In this document: in pieces, positions 18,447 to 27,471 of the stretch
Layout: each line of letters starts with the position of its first letter
How positions within the stretch are numbered: the stretch's first letter is position 1
Origin: an uncultured Oscillospiraceae bacterium
GTDB taxonomy: Bacteria; Bacillota; Clostridia; Oscillospirales; Oscillospiraceae
Direction: 5' to 3'
DNA length: 48,201 bases
NCBI GenBank assembly: GCA_944385755.1
Contig: CALWYN010000005.1
Span: forward strand, 1 to 48,201
The notes under the pieces: generated by a model
Database searches by the model: none
Told to the model about the DNA's origin: nothing
The model's input: the letters and a program-made list of their open reading frames with translations, nothing else
Translations under genes and position numbers: made by a program

Positions 18447-19238
18447 TTACTCTGTAAACAGCGCGTTGAAGCTGGCGGCTATGTCCGCTGCGCTGCTGTG
18501 GGAGACCAGCATCAGGAAATTGCCGTTCACACATATCTGGGAATTCTCCCACATGGCTATGGATTCAGGATACCAGGCCCCGCCGTCTATCTGAGACTGC
18601 CTGCGGGTCTCCAGTATGGTCTGAACTGTCTCAACATCGTCCGCGCTCGCACATTCTATCAGTACTATCTCGTTGGCCGAGGCGGTTATCATGGCTATTT
18701 TACCCACAAACTGGGAACAGGAAACAGCGGACAGGCCGGGATAATAGGCGTCCATCATCTCCGCATCCATGTCCATCATGGACGAGAACTCATATGTAGC
18801 GGAGATAGTGTCATAAAACGCCTGGAGATCGACGGCCGAACCGGATGCGGGCTGCTCAGAGGGGATGGGGCTCTCTTCGCCGCCCTCGCCGGGTGTTTCA
18901 GAGGCCTCGGGAGTTTCCGCGGCAGGGGTCTCAGCCGACGGCTCGGAAGGAGGAGTGGCCTCCGGCGTGCTCTCGGGAGTGGGTTCCGGAGAAGGTGTTA
19001 CCGTGACCGCCGGGGAAGAGGCAGGGGAGGAGGGCACGGGGGACGGCGTAGAGACGGGCTCCTCCGTCTCCACGGGCTCTTCGGAAGCCTCCGGTGTGGC
19101 CGTTGCCGGAGAGATGGTGCTGGCGATATCCCCGATAGGATCATCAGGCGTGTCGGTTTGCTCCGAACTGTTTCCACAGGCGGCCAGACAGAATAGCAGA
19201 CAGGCCGCGAGAAGGAGGGAGGTGATTCTCTTTGACAT
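18447..19238 (-). CDS. DUF4358-domain lipoprotein with a long P/E/T/S-rich linker
   Basis: Lipobox LAACG. About 110 aa of low-complexity PEAST linker. The C-terminal domain (DLQAFYDTI...MITASANEIVLIE...) matches my recollection of DUF4358. Confidence 0.75.
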   Translation of the reverse strand: MSKRITSLLLAACLLFCLAACGNSSEQTDTPDDPIGDIASTISPATATPEASEEPVETEEPVSTPSPVPSSPASSPAVTVTPSPEPTPESTPEATPPSEPSAETPAAETPEASETPGEGGEESPIPSEQPASGSAVDLQAFYDTISATYEFSSMMDMDAEMMDAYYPGLSAVSCSQFVGKIAMITASANEIVLIECASADDVETVQTILETRRQSQIDGGAWYPESIAMWENSQICVNGNFLMLVSHSSAADIAASFNALFTE

Positions 19239-19307
19239 GGGGTATCTCTCCTTTGTGCGTTAGGGCATTATCTTTAAAACTATATCATAAAAAACTGATT
19301 TGTCCAG

Positions 19308-20327
19308 CTATTTTTGATTTTCGGGTTTGAACTCCGAGAGCGGGTTGGCGTCCGCGGCTATACGCAGCTCGGAGTTGTCCACATGTGTATATATCTCAGT
19401 GGTGTTCAGGTGTTCGTGCCCGAGCACCTCCTGCACGGTCCGGACATCCACGCCGTGCTGTATCATCAGTGTGGCGGCGGTGTGTCTGAGCTTATGTGAG
19501 GAATATTTATCAGGGTCCAGACCGGCCTTCAGCAGGGTCTTTTTGACCATTGCGTGTACGGAATCAGTGCTTATCCGCCTGCGGCGTGTGGATACGAACA
19601 GGGCGTCGCAGCCCGGAGTGGCCATTGCCTTCCGCACGGCCAGCCAGGCGTCAATTGCGGCTCTGGTTGAATCGTTCAGATATACCATGCGCTCTTTGTT
19701 GCCCTTGCCGAGGACCCGGATACAATCCTCGCGCACATCGCCGATGTTCAGCCCGACGAGCTCTGATATTCTCAGCCCACAGTTCAGAAACAGGCAGATG
19801 ATGCAGTAGTCGCGCTCTCTGTTTATGCCATTCACGGCCTCCAGCAGCCTTTTGCTCTCATCCAAAGTCAGATAGCGGGGGAGGGTCTTGGTGGTCCTGG
19901 GGGAATCCAGATCGGCCACCGGGTTTACCTCGAGCTGCTTCGTTTTAAGTGTCAGGTACTTATAAAAGCTCCTGATAGTGGCAATTTTGCGCGCACGCGT
20001 AGTGGCCGACAGCCCGTAGCTCGGCTCGCGGCTGTTTTCGTTGCGCACGCGGTCGCGTGCCAGGTAGCTGAGATAGTCGTAGACTTCTTCGAGCGTAACG
20101 GCCCCAACGAAAGCCAGATCCACGTCCATTATAGATATCTCATCGAATTCCGTGCTGCGAGGGACAAGCCCGCGCTCAATCTTCAGATAACGGAAGAAAT
20201 TTCGCAGGTCGAGAAAGTACTCGTCGACAGTGGCCCTGGAATGTCCCTTTATGGTCTCGTGGTATACAAGGAAATCACGCAGTATACGCGGCGACTCGGT
20301 TCTGTAGTCCGCCATCTCGGCAATCAC
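19308..20327 (-). CDS. Xer-like site-specific tyrosine recombinase
   Basis: N-terminal SAM-like domain (RDFLVYHETIKGHSRATVDEYFLDLRNFFRYL) and C-terminal R...K...HKLRHTAATLM...LGHEHLNTTEIYTH catalytic set. Confidence 0.88.
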   Translation of the reverse strand: MIAEMADYRTESPRILRDFLVYHETIKGHSRATVDEYFLDLRNFFRYLKIERGLVPRSTEFDEISIMDVDLAFVGAVTLEEVYDYLSYLARDRVRNENSREPSYGLSATTRARKIATIRSFYKYLTLKTKQLEVNPVADLDSPRTTKTLPRYLTLDESKRLLEAVNGINRERDYCIICLFLNCGLRISELVGLNIGDVREDCIRVLGKGNKERMVYLNDSTRAAIDAWLAVRKAMATPGCDALFVSTRRRRISTDSVHAMVKKTLLKAGLDPDKYSSHKLRHTAATLMIQHGVDVRTVQEVLGHEHLNTTEIYTHVDNSELRIAADANPLSEFKPENQK

Positions 20328-20392
20328 CCCTTTTATCGAGTATTAATATTGTAAGGGAAGGGCTGAGGAAAGTAAAGAGGCTGAAACATAAA

Positions 20393-20420
20393 ATTCAACA
20401 AAATAAAAATTTTGTTGAAT
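20393..20420 (-). terminator. AT-rich hairpin terminator after the radA operon
   Basis: ATTCAACAAAAT-aaaa-ATTTTGTTGAAT, followed by a T-rich tract on the minus strand. Confidence 0.55.
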
Positions 20421-20440
20421 CCGGAGGAGGGCAAAGCCGT

Positions 20441-21199
20441 TTATCCTGTTGTATGAGCCTCTGCCAGCGGTACGGCTGAGCCTATGTCAAATGCCGGTCC
20501 CTCTGTCAAAAATACCGGAACGACATCTCTGCTGCGCAGGAATGATTCGATACTCTCCATGTCCGGGTGTGCGTCGAGCCTGCCGGTGAAAGCCAGCTTG
20601 TGGGCCGAGAGCTTGAACGACGCGCCGCCGATGAAGCCGTATTGAAATCCCGGCAGCTCGATGCCGCCAGGTCTTATCCTGAGCACACTGAGCCCGGACG
20701 CCTCCGCCGCTGAGGCTATGCCCATGTCGGATGTTATGATTGACGCCGCGTCTACTACACACACCGAACATTTGGCGTAGCCCTGCCTAACTCCAATTTT
20801 TGTAATTTTTTGACCCAGCGAGTCCAGAACCGCCGGATCGCTGACTCTCAGGTTGTGGATGAATCTGTTCCCTATCAGGCAGCCATTCAGCGCGGCATCA
20901 CGGGGATAGACGCCCCCGAGCTCTCTTCGCGCCGGAGTGACATCGTATCCCAAATCCGCAAATTTTATGCTCAAAGCCTCCCCCGCGCAGACAATGCGCT
21001 TCCCGCCGGCGTGGAACAGGCACAGGTCAGCATGGCCCGCCAGCCTTGAATCAACCGGGGCGTTTTCCGGAAGCCATAGGGGCTCTATGCCGAGCAGACG
21101 GAGAGGACGTTCCAACTGCCGCCGGTAGCGTGAGCCCAAAGCCAACAGCCCCACCCTCCCCTCCGGCAGGTGGGGCATTTTTACATATTCTACACTCAT
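20441..21199 (-). CDS. conserved hypothetical protein, possibly a DUF6873-like guanidino-modifying-enzyme (GME) fold
   Basis: 252-aa soluble ORF whose start overlaps the radA stop (ATGA). The patterns AGHADLCLFH and YGFIGGAS resemble my recollection of the family. The family name is uncertain. Confidence 0.5.
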   Translation of the reverse strand: MSVEYVKMPHLPEGRVGLLALGSRYRRQLERPLRLLGIEPLWLPENAPVDSRLAGHADLCLFHAGGKRIVCAGEALSIKFADLGYDVTPARRELGGVYPRDAALNGCLIGNRFIHNLRVSDPAVLDSLGQKITKIGVRQGYAKCSVCVVDAASIITSDMGIASAAEASGLSVLRIRPGGIELPGFQYGFIGGASFKLSAHKLAFTGRLDAHPDMESIESFLRSRDVVPVFLTEGPAFDIGSAVPLAEAHTTG

Positions 21200-22554
21200 C
21201 TCAGCGCCTCTTGTATTGCCTCGCGTACATTTTTCACGCTTATCAGCTCAAGCCCGTCCGGGCGCTGCACCTCTCCCCTGACGTGCGCCGGTATGATACA
21301 GCGGCGGAACCCCAGACGCGCCGTCTCCGACAGCCTGTGGTTGAGCTGAGTCACTGAGCGCACCTCCCCGGACAGGCCCACTTCTCCGATGGCGGCCATG
21401 TCTGAGCCTATGGGGATATCCCTGTAGCTGGATGCCACCGCCAGCAGAGTGGCCAGGTCGGCGGCTGGCTCGTCCAGCTGCAGCCCTCCCACGACGTTTA
21501 TGTATACGTCACAGCCGGACACAGGCAGCCCTCCGCGCTTCTCCAGCACGGCCAGGAGCAGCATGGCGCGGTTATAGTCTATGCCGTTGGAGTTGCGCCG
21601 GGCAGCGGAGAATCCGGATTTTGCCGCCAGCGCCTGCACCTCGGCCAATATCGGCCTGGAGCCCTCCATCACACAGGTGACGCAGGTACCGGGCGTGCCC
21701 AGGGGCCTGCCGGAGAGCAGGGTCTCCGAGGGATTGGGCACTTCTCTCAGGCCGCGCTCCGCCATCTCAAAAACGCCTATCTCGTTCGTAGAGCCGAAAC
21801 GGTTTTTTGCCGCCCTGAGTATCCGGTAGCTCAGGCTCTGCTCGCCCTCGAAATACAGGACGCAGTCTACCATATGTTCGAGCACCTTGGGGCCGGCGAT
21901 GTTGCCCTCCTTATTGATATGGCCCACTACAAAAGCGGCAAATCCGTCGGATTTTGCCCTGCGCATGATGGACATCGTGCACTCTCTGACCTGGCTCACG
22001 CTCCCGGGGGCCGCGGCCAGCTCCGGGTCGAACATGGTCTGAATGGAGTCAATTATGACGATGCTGGGCCCTGTGCTCTCTATCGCGGAGCCTATCTCAC
22101 TCAAATCCGTTTCCGCCAGGACGTATATCTCGCCGTCGGAGACTCCCAGCCTCTGGGCCCTCATCTTCAGCTGCCGGCGGCTCTCCTCACCGGTGACGTA
22201 CAGTATCCTCTCGTTGCCGCCAACACAACCGCAGAGCTGTAACAGAAGGGTGGATTTGCCCACTCCCGGCGCGCCACCGACGAGCACGACGCTGCCCCTC
22301 ACTGCGCCTCCGCCGAGCACCCTGTCCAGCTCGCCCAGGCCGGTCGAAAACCTGATCTCCTCCTGTGTGTCCAGCTCTGAGAGCAGCTTGGGGGCTGAAC
22401 CGCCCCTCTTGGGCCCGGAGGCCTCGGCCTTGGCCCTGGACTCCGCCGGAGCCTCCGTCAGGGTGTTCCAGGCTCCGCAGGCCGGGCACTGGCCGGCCCA
22501 TTTGGCGGTCTCGTTCCCGCATTCGGTGCAGAAAAATACAGTTTTCTTCTTCAT
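21196..22554 (-). CDS. radA: DNA repair protein RadA/Sms
   Basis: N-terminal zinc ribbon CTECGxxxxKWxGxCPxCxxWNT, Walker A GGAPGVGKSTLLLQ, KNRFG motif and a Lon-like C-terminal domain. Confidence 0.97.
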   Translation of the reverse strand: MKKKTVFFCTECGNETAKWAGQCPACGAWNTLTEAPAESRAKAEASGPKRGGSAPKLLSELDTQEEIRFSTGLGELDRVLGGGAVRGSVVLVGGAPGVGKSTLLLQLCGCVGGNERILYVTGEESRRQLKMRAQRLGVSDGEIYVLAETDLSEIGSAIESTGPSIVIIDSIQTMFDPELAAAPGSVSQVRECTMSIMRRAKSDGFAAFVVGHINKEGNIAGPKVLEHMVDCVLYFEGEQSLSYRILRAAKNRFGSTNEIGVFEMAERGLREVPNPSETLLSGRPLGTPGTCVTCVMEGSRPILAEVQALAAKSGFSAARRNSNGIDYNRAMLLLAVLEKRGGLPVSGCDVYINVVGGLQLDEPAADLATLLAVASSYRDIPIGSDMAAIGEVGLSGEVRSVTQLNHRLSETARLGFRRCIIPAHVRGEVQRPDGLELISVKNVREAIQEALR

Positions 22555-23288
22555 GTGACAGTTTTGTCTCCCCGGCTGAAAAATTGTAAATATGAGGCCA
22601 TCAGGACAGAGGCTATCTTCATCTGGTATTCATCCGTCTCCAGCAGGGCGGATTCTTCCGGATTCGATAAAAAACCGCATTCCGCAAGTATAGCCGTGCA
22701 CCGTGCCTCCCTCATAAGGTATATGTCGTCAGATACTGGGGCGGCCACTCTTCTGCTGGAGGGCGCCAGAGCGGAGAGCAGGTTCGCATGCGTCAGTTCG
22801 CCCAGCTCCGCGCTCTCCGCTGTGTCCGCATAGAAAACCTGGGGTCCCGACGGGCGCGAATCCGGGTAAAAATTCTGATGTATGCTCACCAGCACACCGT
22901 TGGGCACGGAGTTGATCAGCTCCAGGCGTTCACTCTGATCCGCGCGTTTCCGCTGTGCGGTGGTTTCGGCCTCCGCCGGATAATCAATGGCCTCCGACTC
23001 CCGGGTCATCACGGTTTCAACGCCGAACAGCCCGGCAAGGGCGTCCAGCTTTTGAGCCACCGCAAGATTGATCGAGCTCTCCAGCGTGCCGCCGGGCGCA
23101 GAGGCTCCTCCGTCCTCGCCGCCGTGCCCGGCGTCAATTATGAGCACGGGCCACTCAAGAGCCGCCTCCGCAACGGCGGACTCCACGGTAATATCTCCCG
23201 CCGGTATCAAAAAGCAGGCCACAATGAGCATTGCCGCCAATGCAAGCGGAAGCCAGTCTCTTATTCGGATAAAAGCGAACACAACCAT
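22551..23288 (-). CDS. membrane-anchored N-acetylmuramoyl-L-alanine amidase (Amidase_3, CwlD-like)
   Basis: N-terminal TM, then IDAGHGGEDGGA...SIHQN...ECGFLSN, the zinc-amidase motifs. Size and architecture resemble the germination amidase CwlD. Confidence 0.85.
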   Translation of the reverse strand: MVVFAFIRIRDWLPLALAAMLIVACFLIPAGDITVESAVAEAALEWPVLIIDAGHGGEDGGASAPGGTLESSINLAVAQKLDALAGLFGVETVMTRESEAIDYPAEAETTAQRKRADQSERLELINSVPNGVLVSIHQNFYPDSRPSGPQVFYADTAESAELGELTHANLLSALAPSSRRVAAPVSDDIYLMREARCTAILAECGFLSNPEESALLETDEYQMKIASVLMASYLQFFSRGDKTVT

Positions 23289-23327
23289 TCCCCCTCACGG
23301 AATACTATGCGTGAGGGGACGAGTTAA

Positions 23328-24518
23328 TTATTCCCCGAGGAACCTTTCCAGCCTGTCCAGCCCCTCTCTGATGTTCTCCATGGAAGTGGCATACGTCCAG
23401 CGGATGAAGTTCCGTATTCCGAAGCCGGAGCACGGCACGACGGCCACCAGGGCTTTCTCCAGAAAGGCCACCGCGAAATCGTCGTCGTTCCCGATAACGC
23501 GCCCTCCCAGTGTGCGCCCGACGAGCCTCTCCATGTTCATCATGACATAGAACGCGCCGTCCGGCATGATGCATGAGACGCCGTCGATGGCGTTCATACG
23601 TTCCACGAGATAGTTGCGCCTCTCCTCAAATACCCTGCGCATCTCCTCTATGGTGTCCTGGGGCCCGCTGAGCGCCTCGACGGCCGCCCACTGGCTGATT
23701 GTGGAGGGGGCACCGGTGGAGTGGCTGAGGTAGTTGCCCATCACTCTGGATATCTCGGCGTTCGCCGCGGCATACCCTATTCTCCAGCCGGTCATGGCGT
23801 AGCTCTTTGAGACACCGTTGACAAGTATTGTGCGCTCCTTGACATCCTCGCCGAGGGCGGCGAAGCTGGTGAACTCACGTCCGTCATAGAGCAGTTTGTA
23901 GTATATCTCGTCGGCTATGACATACAGGTCTCTCTGTACACACACGTCGGCAAGCGCCTCGAGCTCGGCCCTGGTATAGAACATGCCGGTAGGATTGGAC
24001 GGGTTGTTGAGTATCAGGGCCTTTGTCCGGGGAGTTATGGCTACATCGAGCTGTTCTGCCGTGATCTTAAACTGGCAGCTCTCCTGAGCGAGTACCGGGA
24101 CGGGGACACCCCCAAGCATTGATACCATCTCACAGTAGCTCACCCAGTACGGAGCCGGGACTATCACCTCGTCCCCCGGGTTGAGTATTGCGGCCAGAGC
24201 GGCATAGACATTGTGTTTGGCCCCGCTGGCCACTACTATCTGAGTGTGGTCATAGTCAACGCCGCAGTCGGCCCTCAGCCTTTCGGCGGCGGCCTTCCTC
24301 AGCTCGATAATGCCCGCCGCGGGGGTGTATTTGGTTTTTCCGCGGCGGATTGCCTCCACGGCGGCGTCCCGTATGTTCGGCGGGGTTTCAAAATCCGGCT
24401 CGCCTGCGCCGAACCCGATTACATTCTGACCCGCGGCACGCATCTGCTTCGCCAGCGAGTCAATGGCCAATGTTGTGGACGGGTTTACCTTAAGCGCGAT
24501 TTTAGATAATTCCTTCAT
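23328..24518 (-). CDS. PLP-dependent aspartate aminotransferase (class I)
   Basis: GEPDFxTP, NPxNPTG and SKSYAMTGWRIGY (PLP lysine) motifs. Confidence 0.92.
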   Translation of the reverse strand: MKELSKIALKVNPSTTLAIDSLAKQMRAAGQNVIGFGAGEPDFETPPNIRDAAVEAIRRGKTKYTPAAGIIELRKAAAERLRADCGVDYDHTQIVVASGAKHNVYAALAAILNPGDEVIVPAPYWVSYCEMVSMLGGVPVPVLAQESCQFKITAEQLDVAITPRTKALILNNPSNPTGMFYTRAELEALADVCVQRDLYVIADEIYYKLLYDGREFTSFAALGEDVKERTILVNGVSKSYAMTGWRIGYAAANAEISRVMGNYLSHSTGAPSTISQWAAVEALSGPQDTIEEMRRVFEERRNYLVERMNAIDGVSCIMPDGAFYVMMNMERLVGRTLGGRVIGNDDDFAVAFLEKALVAVVPCSGFGIRNFIRWTYATSMENIREGLDRLERFLGE

Positions 24519-24587
24519 TTACTGACCTTCCTCTGTCTCCGAATTATCTACATTATATAGGCCGGACGCGTCCATTTCAAGCCCGGT

Positions 24588-25358
24588 TCAGACGTAGAAC
24601 ACTTCCGGCTGGCGGCAGCTGGAGCTCACAAATACGCTCAAAGAGGGAAAGTCCTCCCTCAGCCAGCCCGCCAGCACCGGGATGACCACATTTTCTGTTG
24701 GGAAATGTCCGCCGTCAATCAGGTTTATGCCCAGCTCATTGGCCGCTATAAATTCGTGGTGTTTGACATCGGCCGTCACGTAGGTGTCGCAGCCGCGCTC
24801 AAACGCCGCGAACATGTCGCCAGCGCCGGCTCCCCCACAGAGTCCGATGCGGCGGACGGGGCGGCCCGGCCCGGAATAGCGCAGGCCGTTTGCGCCCAGG
24901 GCGGCCTTTGTTCGCCTCAGGAATTCCGAAAACGGCAGTTCAGCCTCCAGTTCTGCCCAGCGGCTTATTCCCTCAGACTCATTCAGCAGGCCGCACACTT
25001 TGGCCCCCAGCGCCGCCGCCAGCGCGTCGTTCACGCCGTCCCTGGCGGCGTCCAGGTTTGTGTGCATGCAGATTGCCGCAATTCCGCGGCTCAGCAGCTC
25101 CACCACTTTCCTGCCCGTGAGGTCGGAATCCGTTGCGCTCTTTATGGAACCGAAAATCAGGGGATGGTGCGAGACGATAAGCTCCACGCCAAGGCCGGCC
25201 GCCTCACGGATTACCTCGTCCGTTATATCCAGAGCCACCAACACAGTGCTCACCTCGGCGCCGGACCGCCCTGCAAGATGACCCACGTTGTCAAAATCCA
25301 TCTTCATTTCAACCGGCGCGCGCCGGTTGAGCGAATCAAATATGTCCTTTACGGTCAT
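24588..25358 (-). CDS. Nif3-like dinuclear metal centre protein (YqfO family)
   Basis: DNVGHL...SHHPLIF...MHTNLD motifs. trmK-nif3 synteny as in Bacillus yqfN-yqfO. Confidence 0.9.
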   Translation of the reverse strand: MTVKDIFDSLNRRAPVEMKMDFDNVGHLAGRSGAEVSTVLVALDITDEVIREAAGLGVELIVSHHPLIFGSIKSATDSDLTGRKVVELLSRGIAAICMHTNLDAARDGVNDALAAALGAKVCGLLNESEGISRWAELEAELPFSEFLRRTKAALGANGLRYSGPGRPVRRIGLCGGAGAGDMFAAFERGCDTYVTADVKHHEFIAANELGINLIDGGHFPTENVVIPVLAGWLREDFPSLSVFVSSSCRQPEVFYV

Positions 25359-26038
25359 TCCCTCATCCTCCTTTTTATCTCCTCAAGCCTTCTGATTTCC
25401 CTCCTGAGCGCATCCGCTTTTTCACAGCTGCTCCCCTGCTCTGCCCCTGTCAGAGCATGAGCCGCCCTGTTAAGTCTCAGTTCAAGCCAGTCGCCCAGGA
25501 GCCGGTCCCTCCTCCTGAGGAGAACCTCCTCGGGATATACCGCATCCGGCGCTCCCCCGATAACCTCAAGGGCCAGATACAGCCTCTCCCCTTCCCTGGC
25601 CAGCTCGGCCGAGCTCAGGCGATATCCGTTGGCGGAGAGCCAGATGCAGAGCTCATCTGTCTTTGACTGCGGCTGGAGCACCAGTTTTGTCCCGGCTCTG
25701 GTCCACTCGGCCCTGGAAATTATCCCGGCCATGGTCTCTCCGCCCATGCCGGCTATCACCACGGTGTCCGCCTCGCAGGCTCCGGGAAAATCCAGTCCGT
25801 CGCAGAGTTCGAAACGGATCCTGTCCCCTAGCCCGAGCCCCGCAGCGTTTTTTCTCGCGGCGGCCAGCGGGCCCGGGCGTATATCAGAGGCTATGACCCT
25901 GCCGGCCCCGCCGTTCAGCAGGAGCCAGATTGACAGCAGGCCGTGGTCACAGCCGACATCGGCCAGGCATGCCGCGCCATAGGCCATCCGGGCCACCATT
26001 CCCATGCGCGGCCCCAGTTCAGAAAAATTTTTGCTCAT
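25355..26038 (-). CDS. trmK: tRNA (adenine22-N1)-methyltransferase
   Basis: LADVGCDHGLL...ASDIRPGPL...IAGMGGETM pattern of TrmK/YqfN. A 4-nt overlap with nif3. Confidence 0.88.
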   Translation of the reverse strand: MSKNFSELGPRMGMVARMAYGAACLADVGCDHGLLSIWLLLNGGAGRVIASDIRPGPLAAARKNAAGLGLGDRIRFELCDGLDFPGACEADTVVIAGMGGETMAGIISRAEWTRAGTKLVLQPQSKTDELCIWLSANGYRLSSAELAREGERLYLALEVIGGAPDAVYPEEVLLRRRDRLLGDWLELRLNRAAHALTGAEQGSSCEKADALRREIRRLEEIKRRMRE

Positions 26039-26056
26039 CGGCCCTCCATGAACAAA

Positions 26057-26090
26057 GCCCCCGCACAGCCTGTCCAGGCTGTGCGGGGGC
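26057..26090 (-). terminator. GC-rich hairpin terminator
   Basis: GCCCCCGCACAGCC-tgtcca-GGCTGTGCGGGGGC, followed by TTTGTT on the minus strand. Confidence 0.65.
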
Positions 26091-26105
26091 CACAGCTCAT
26101 ATTTT

Positions 26106-26315
26106 TTACTCCTCGCAGCTTGCCAGATAGGCGTTCAGGTCAGCCAGAAACTGGTCCGGATTGACCGCGTGCGCATAGCAGGCCTCCTCCAGGGTCTCGC
26201 CGCTGGCGAGGGCGCAGCCCATGCAGTGCATACCGATGCTCTGAAAAGCGGGCATGGCCTGCGGCGCGTGCTCGAGTATATCAGAGATGAGTGTGGTTTT
26301 GGTGATTTCGAACAT
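26106..26315 (-). CDS. DUF1858 / hybrid-cluster-protein-associated redox-disulfide-type small protein
   Basis: 69 aa with a MHCMGC (CxxC) motif in the typical DUF1858 context (ISDILEHAP...FQSIGMHCMGCALASGETLEEA). Confidence 0.7.
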   Translation of the reverse strand: MFEITKTTLISDILEHAPQAMPAFQSIGMHCMGCALASGETLEEACYAHAVNPDQFLADLNAYLASCEE

Positions 26316-26387
26316 GAATTTACCTCCAATAATGCGATGTTAAAAAACGACTGGGACGCTCATGCACCCCAATCGTTTTCATTGCCA

Positions 26388-26675
26388 TTAGGCATTGCTC
26401 TGCTGCTCACGAATTTTGGCAAAGCACTCGCTGCAATAAACGGGGCGGTCAGTCTTGGGCTCGAAAGGAACCTTCGCCTCGCCGCCGCACATGGCGCAGA
26501 CAGCGGTGAAGAACTCACGGGGCCCACGGGCCGCGTTCTTGCGGGCGTCGCGGCAGGGCTTGCAACGCTGGGGCTCATTCTGGAATCCGCGCTCGGCGTA
26601 GAACTCCTGCTCTCCGGCAGTAAATACGAATTCCTGCCCACATTCTTTGCATACCAGGACTTTGTCTTCGAACAT
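26388..26675 (-). CDS. double zinc-ribbon small protein
   Basis: 95 aa with four CxxC pairs (CKEC...CKPC; CAMC...CSEC) and the FxFTAGEQEFY pattern of the widespread zinc-ribbon family. Confidence 0.7.
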   Translation of the reverse strand: MFEDKVLVCKECGQEFVFTAGEQEFYAERGFQNEPQRCKPCRDARKNAARGPREFFTAVCAMCGGEAKVPFEPKTDRPVYCSECFAKIREQQSNA

Positions 26676-26724
26676 GTTTGTTTTACCCTCTCTTTAGCTA
26701 ATCTTGCCTTTCGGCTATATGCGC

Positions 26725-27348
26725 TCAGCTCATGCTGATATCGCCAAGGAATGGATGTCTCGCCAGCTTGCGGCGAATTCGCTGCACGGCATTGTCAACG
26801 GCCTTTTCAGTTCTGTGGGTTGCTTCGGCTATCTGGCGGTAGCTCAACCCATCGAGAAAATGAAACAGCACCTCAGTCTCAAAATCTGACAGACACCGTG
26901 AAAACGTGGAATAAAACTCTTTTTCGCTCTCTCTGGCAAGGACCTGTTCCTCAGGTACACGCCTGAATGCCTCAGGCTGGGACGCAGCGCCGACGGTTGA
27001 TTCTTCCGAGAGGATGATATATTCCAGTGAAACCCCGTCATTTAACGGGTCGTGCTTTCTGCGGGAGGCCGATTTGACCGCCTCAATCATGCGGTTGCGG
27101 ATGCAAACTTCCGCAAATGTCCTGAAAGCTGTGCCGTCCTCGGGCTTGAACCTGCGTATTGCGGAGAGAAGCCCGAGCATTCCCTCCTGCGTCAGGTCCT
27201 CGCTGTCGCCTCCTGCCAGAAAATAGGGTCTGGCACAGATGCGCACAAGGCGGGTATAGCGTTCTACCAGCGTCTCCTCCGCCGAGACGTCTCCGCCCGC
27301 GGCGAGATGCTGCAATTCATTGTCTGAGAAATTGGTGTAGTCAGTCAT
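26725..27348 (-). CDS. sigH: sporulation-initiation sigma factor SigH
   Basis: RPYFLAGGDSEDLTQEGMLGLLSAIRRF...FAEVCIRNRMIEAVKSASRRKHDPLN closely follows the SigH signature. Region 4 HTH (LSYRQIAEATHRTEKAVDNAVQRIRRKL). Confidence 0.88.
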   Translation of the reverse strand: MTDYTNFSDNELQHLAAGGDVSAEETLVERYTRLVRICARPYFLAGGDSEDLTQEGMLGLLSAIRRFKPEDGTAFRTFAEVCIRNRMIEAVKSASRRKHDPLNDGVSLEYIILSEESTVGAASQPEAFRRVPEEQVLARESEKEFYSTFSRCLSDFETEVLFHFLDGLSYRQIAEATHRTEKAVDNAVQRIRRKLARHPFLGDISMS

Positions 27349-27471
27349 AGCAGAACCCTAATCTCAGAATTGATTATACTGCAAACTATTGGAAAGTCAA
27401 GATAAAAATCTTTATTCCTATAAAAAAATAAGAGATTCCTTCGAAAATTTTGGGTGGAATGTCCTAATGCA

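Noticed and set aside
18865-19263. Plus-strand ORFs (132 and 232 aa) rich in Gly/Ser/Val/Arg, opposite the DUF4358 lipoprotein linker.
   Set aside because: They mirror the low-complexity PEAST-coding repeat of the minus-strand gene. There is no RBS and no motifs.
19308-20327. The tyrosine recombinase as a possible marker of a second integrated element or prophage.
   Set aside because: The flanks are ordinary core genes (the MBOAT cluster and the radA operon). There is no tRNA, direct repeat, phage or transfer gene nearby, and the N-terminal domain looks Xer-like. It is more likely a chromosomal Xer-family paralogue.
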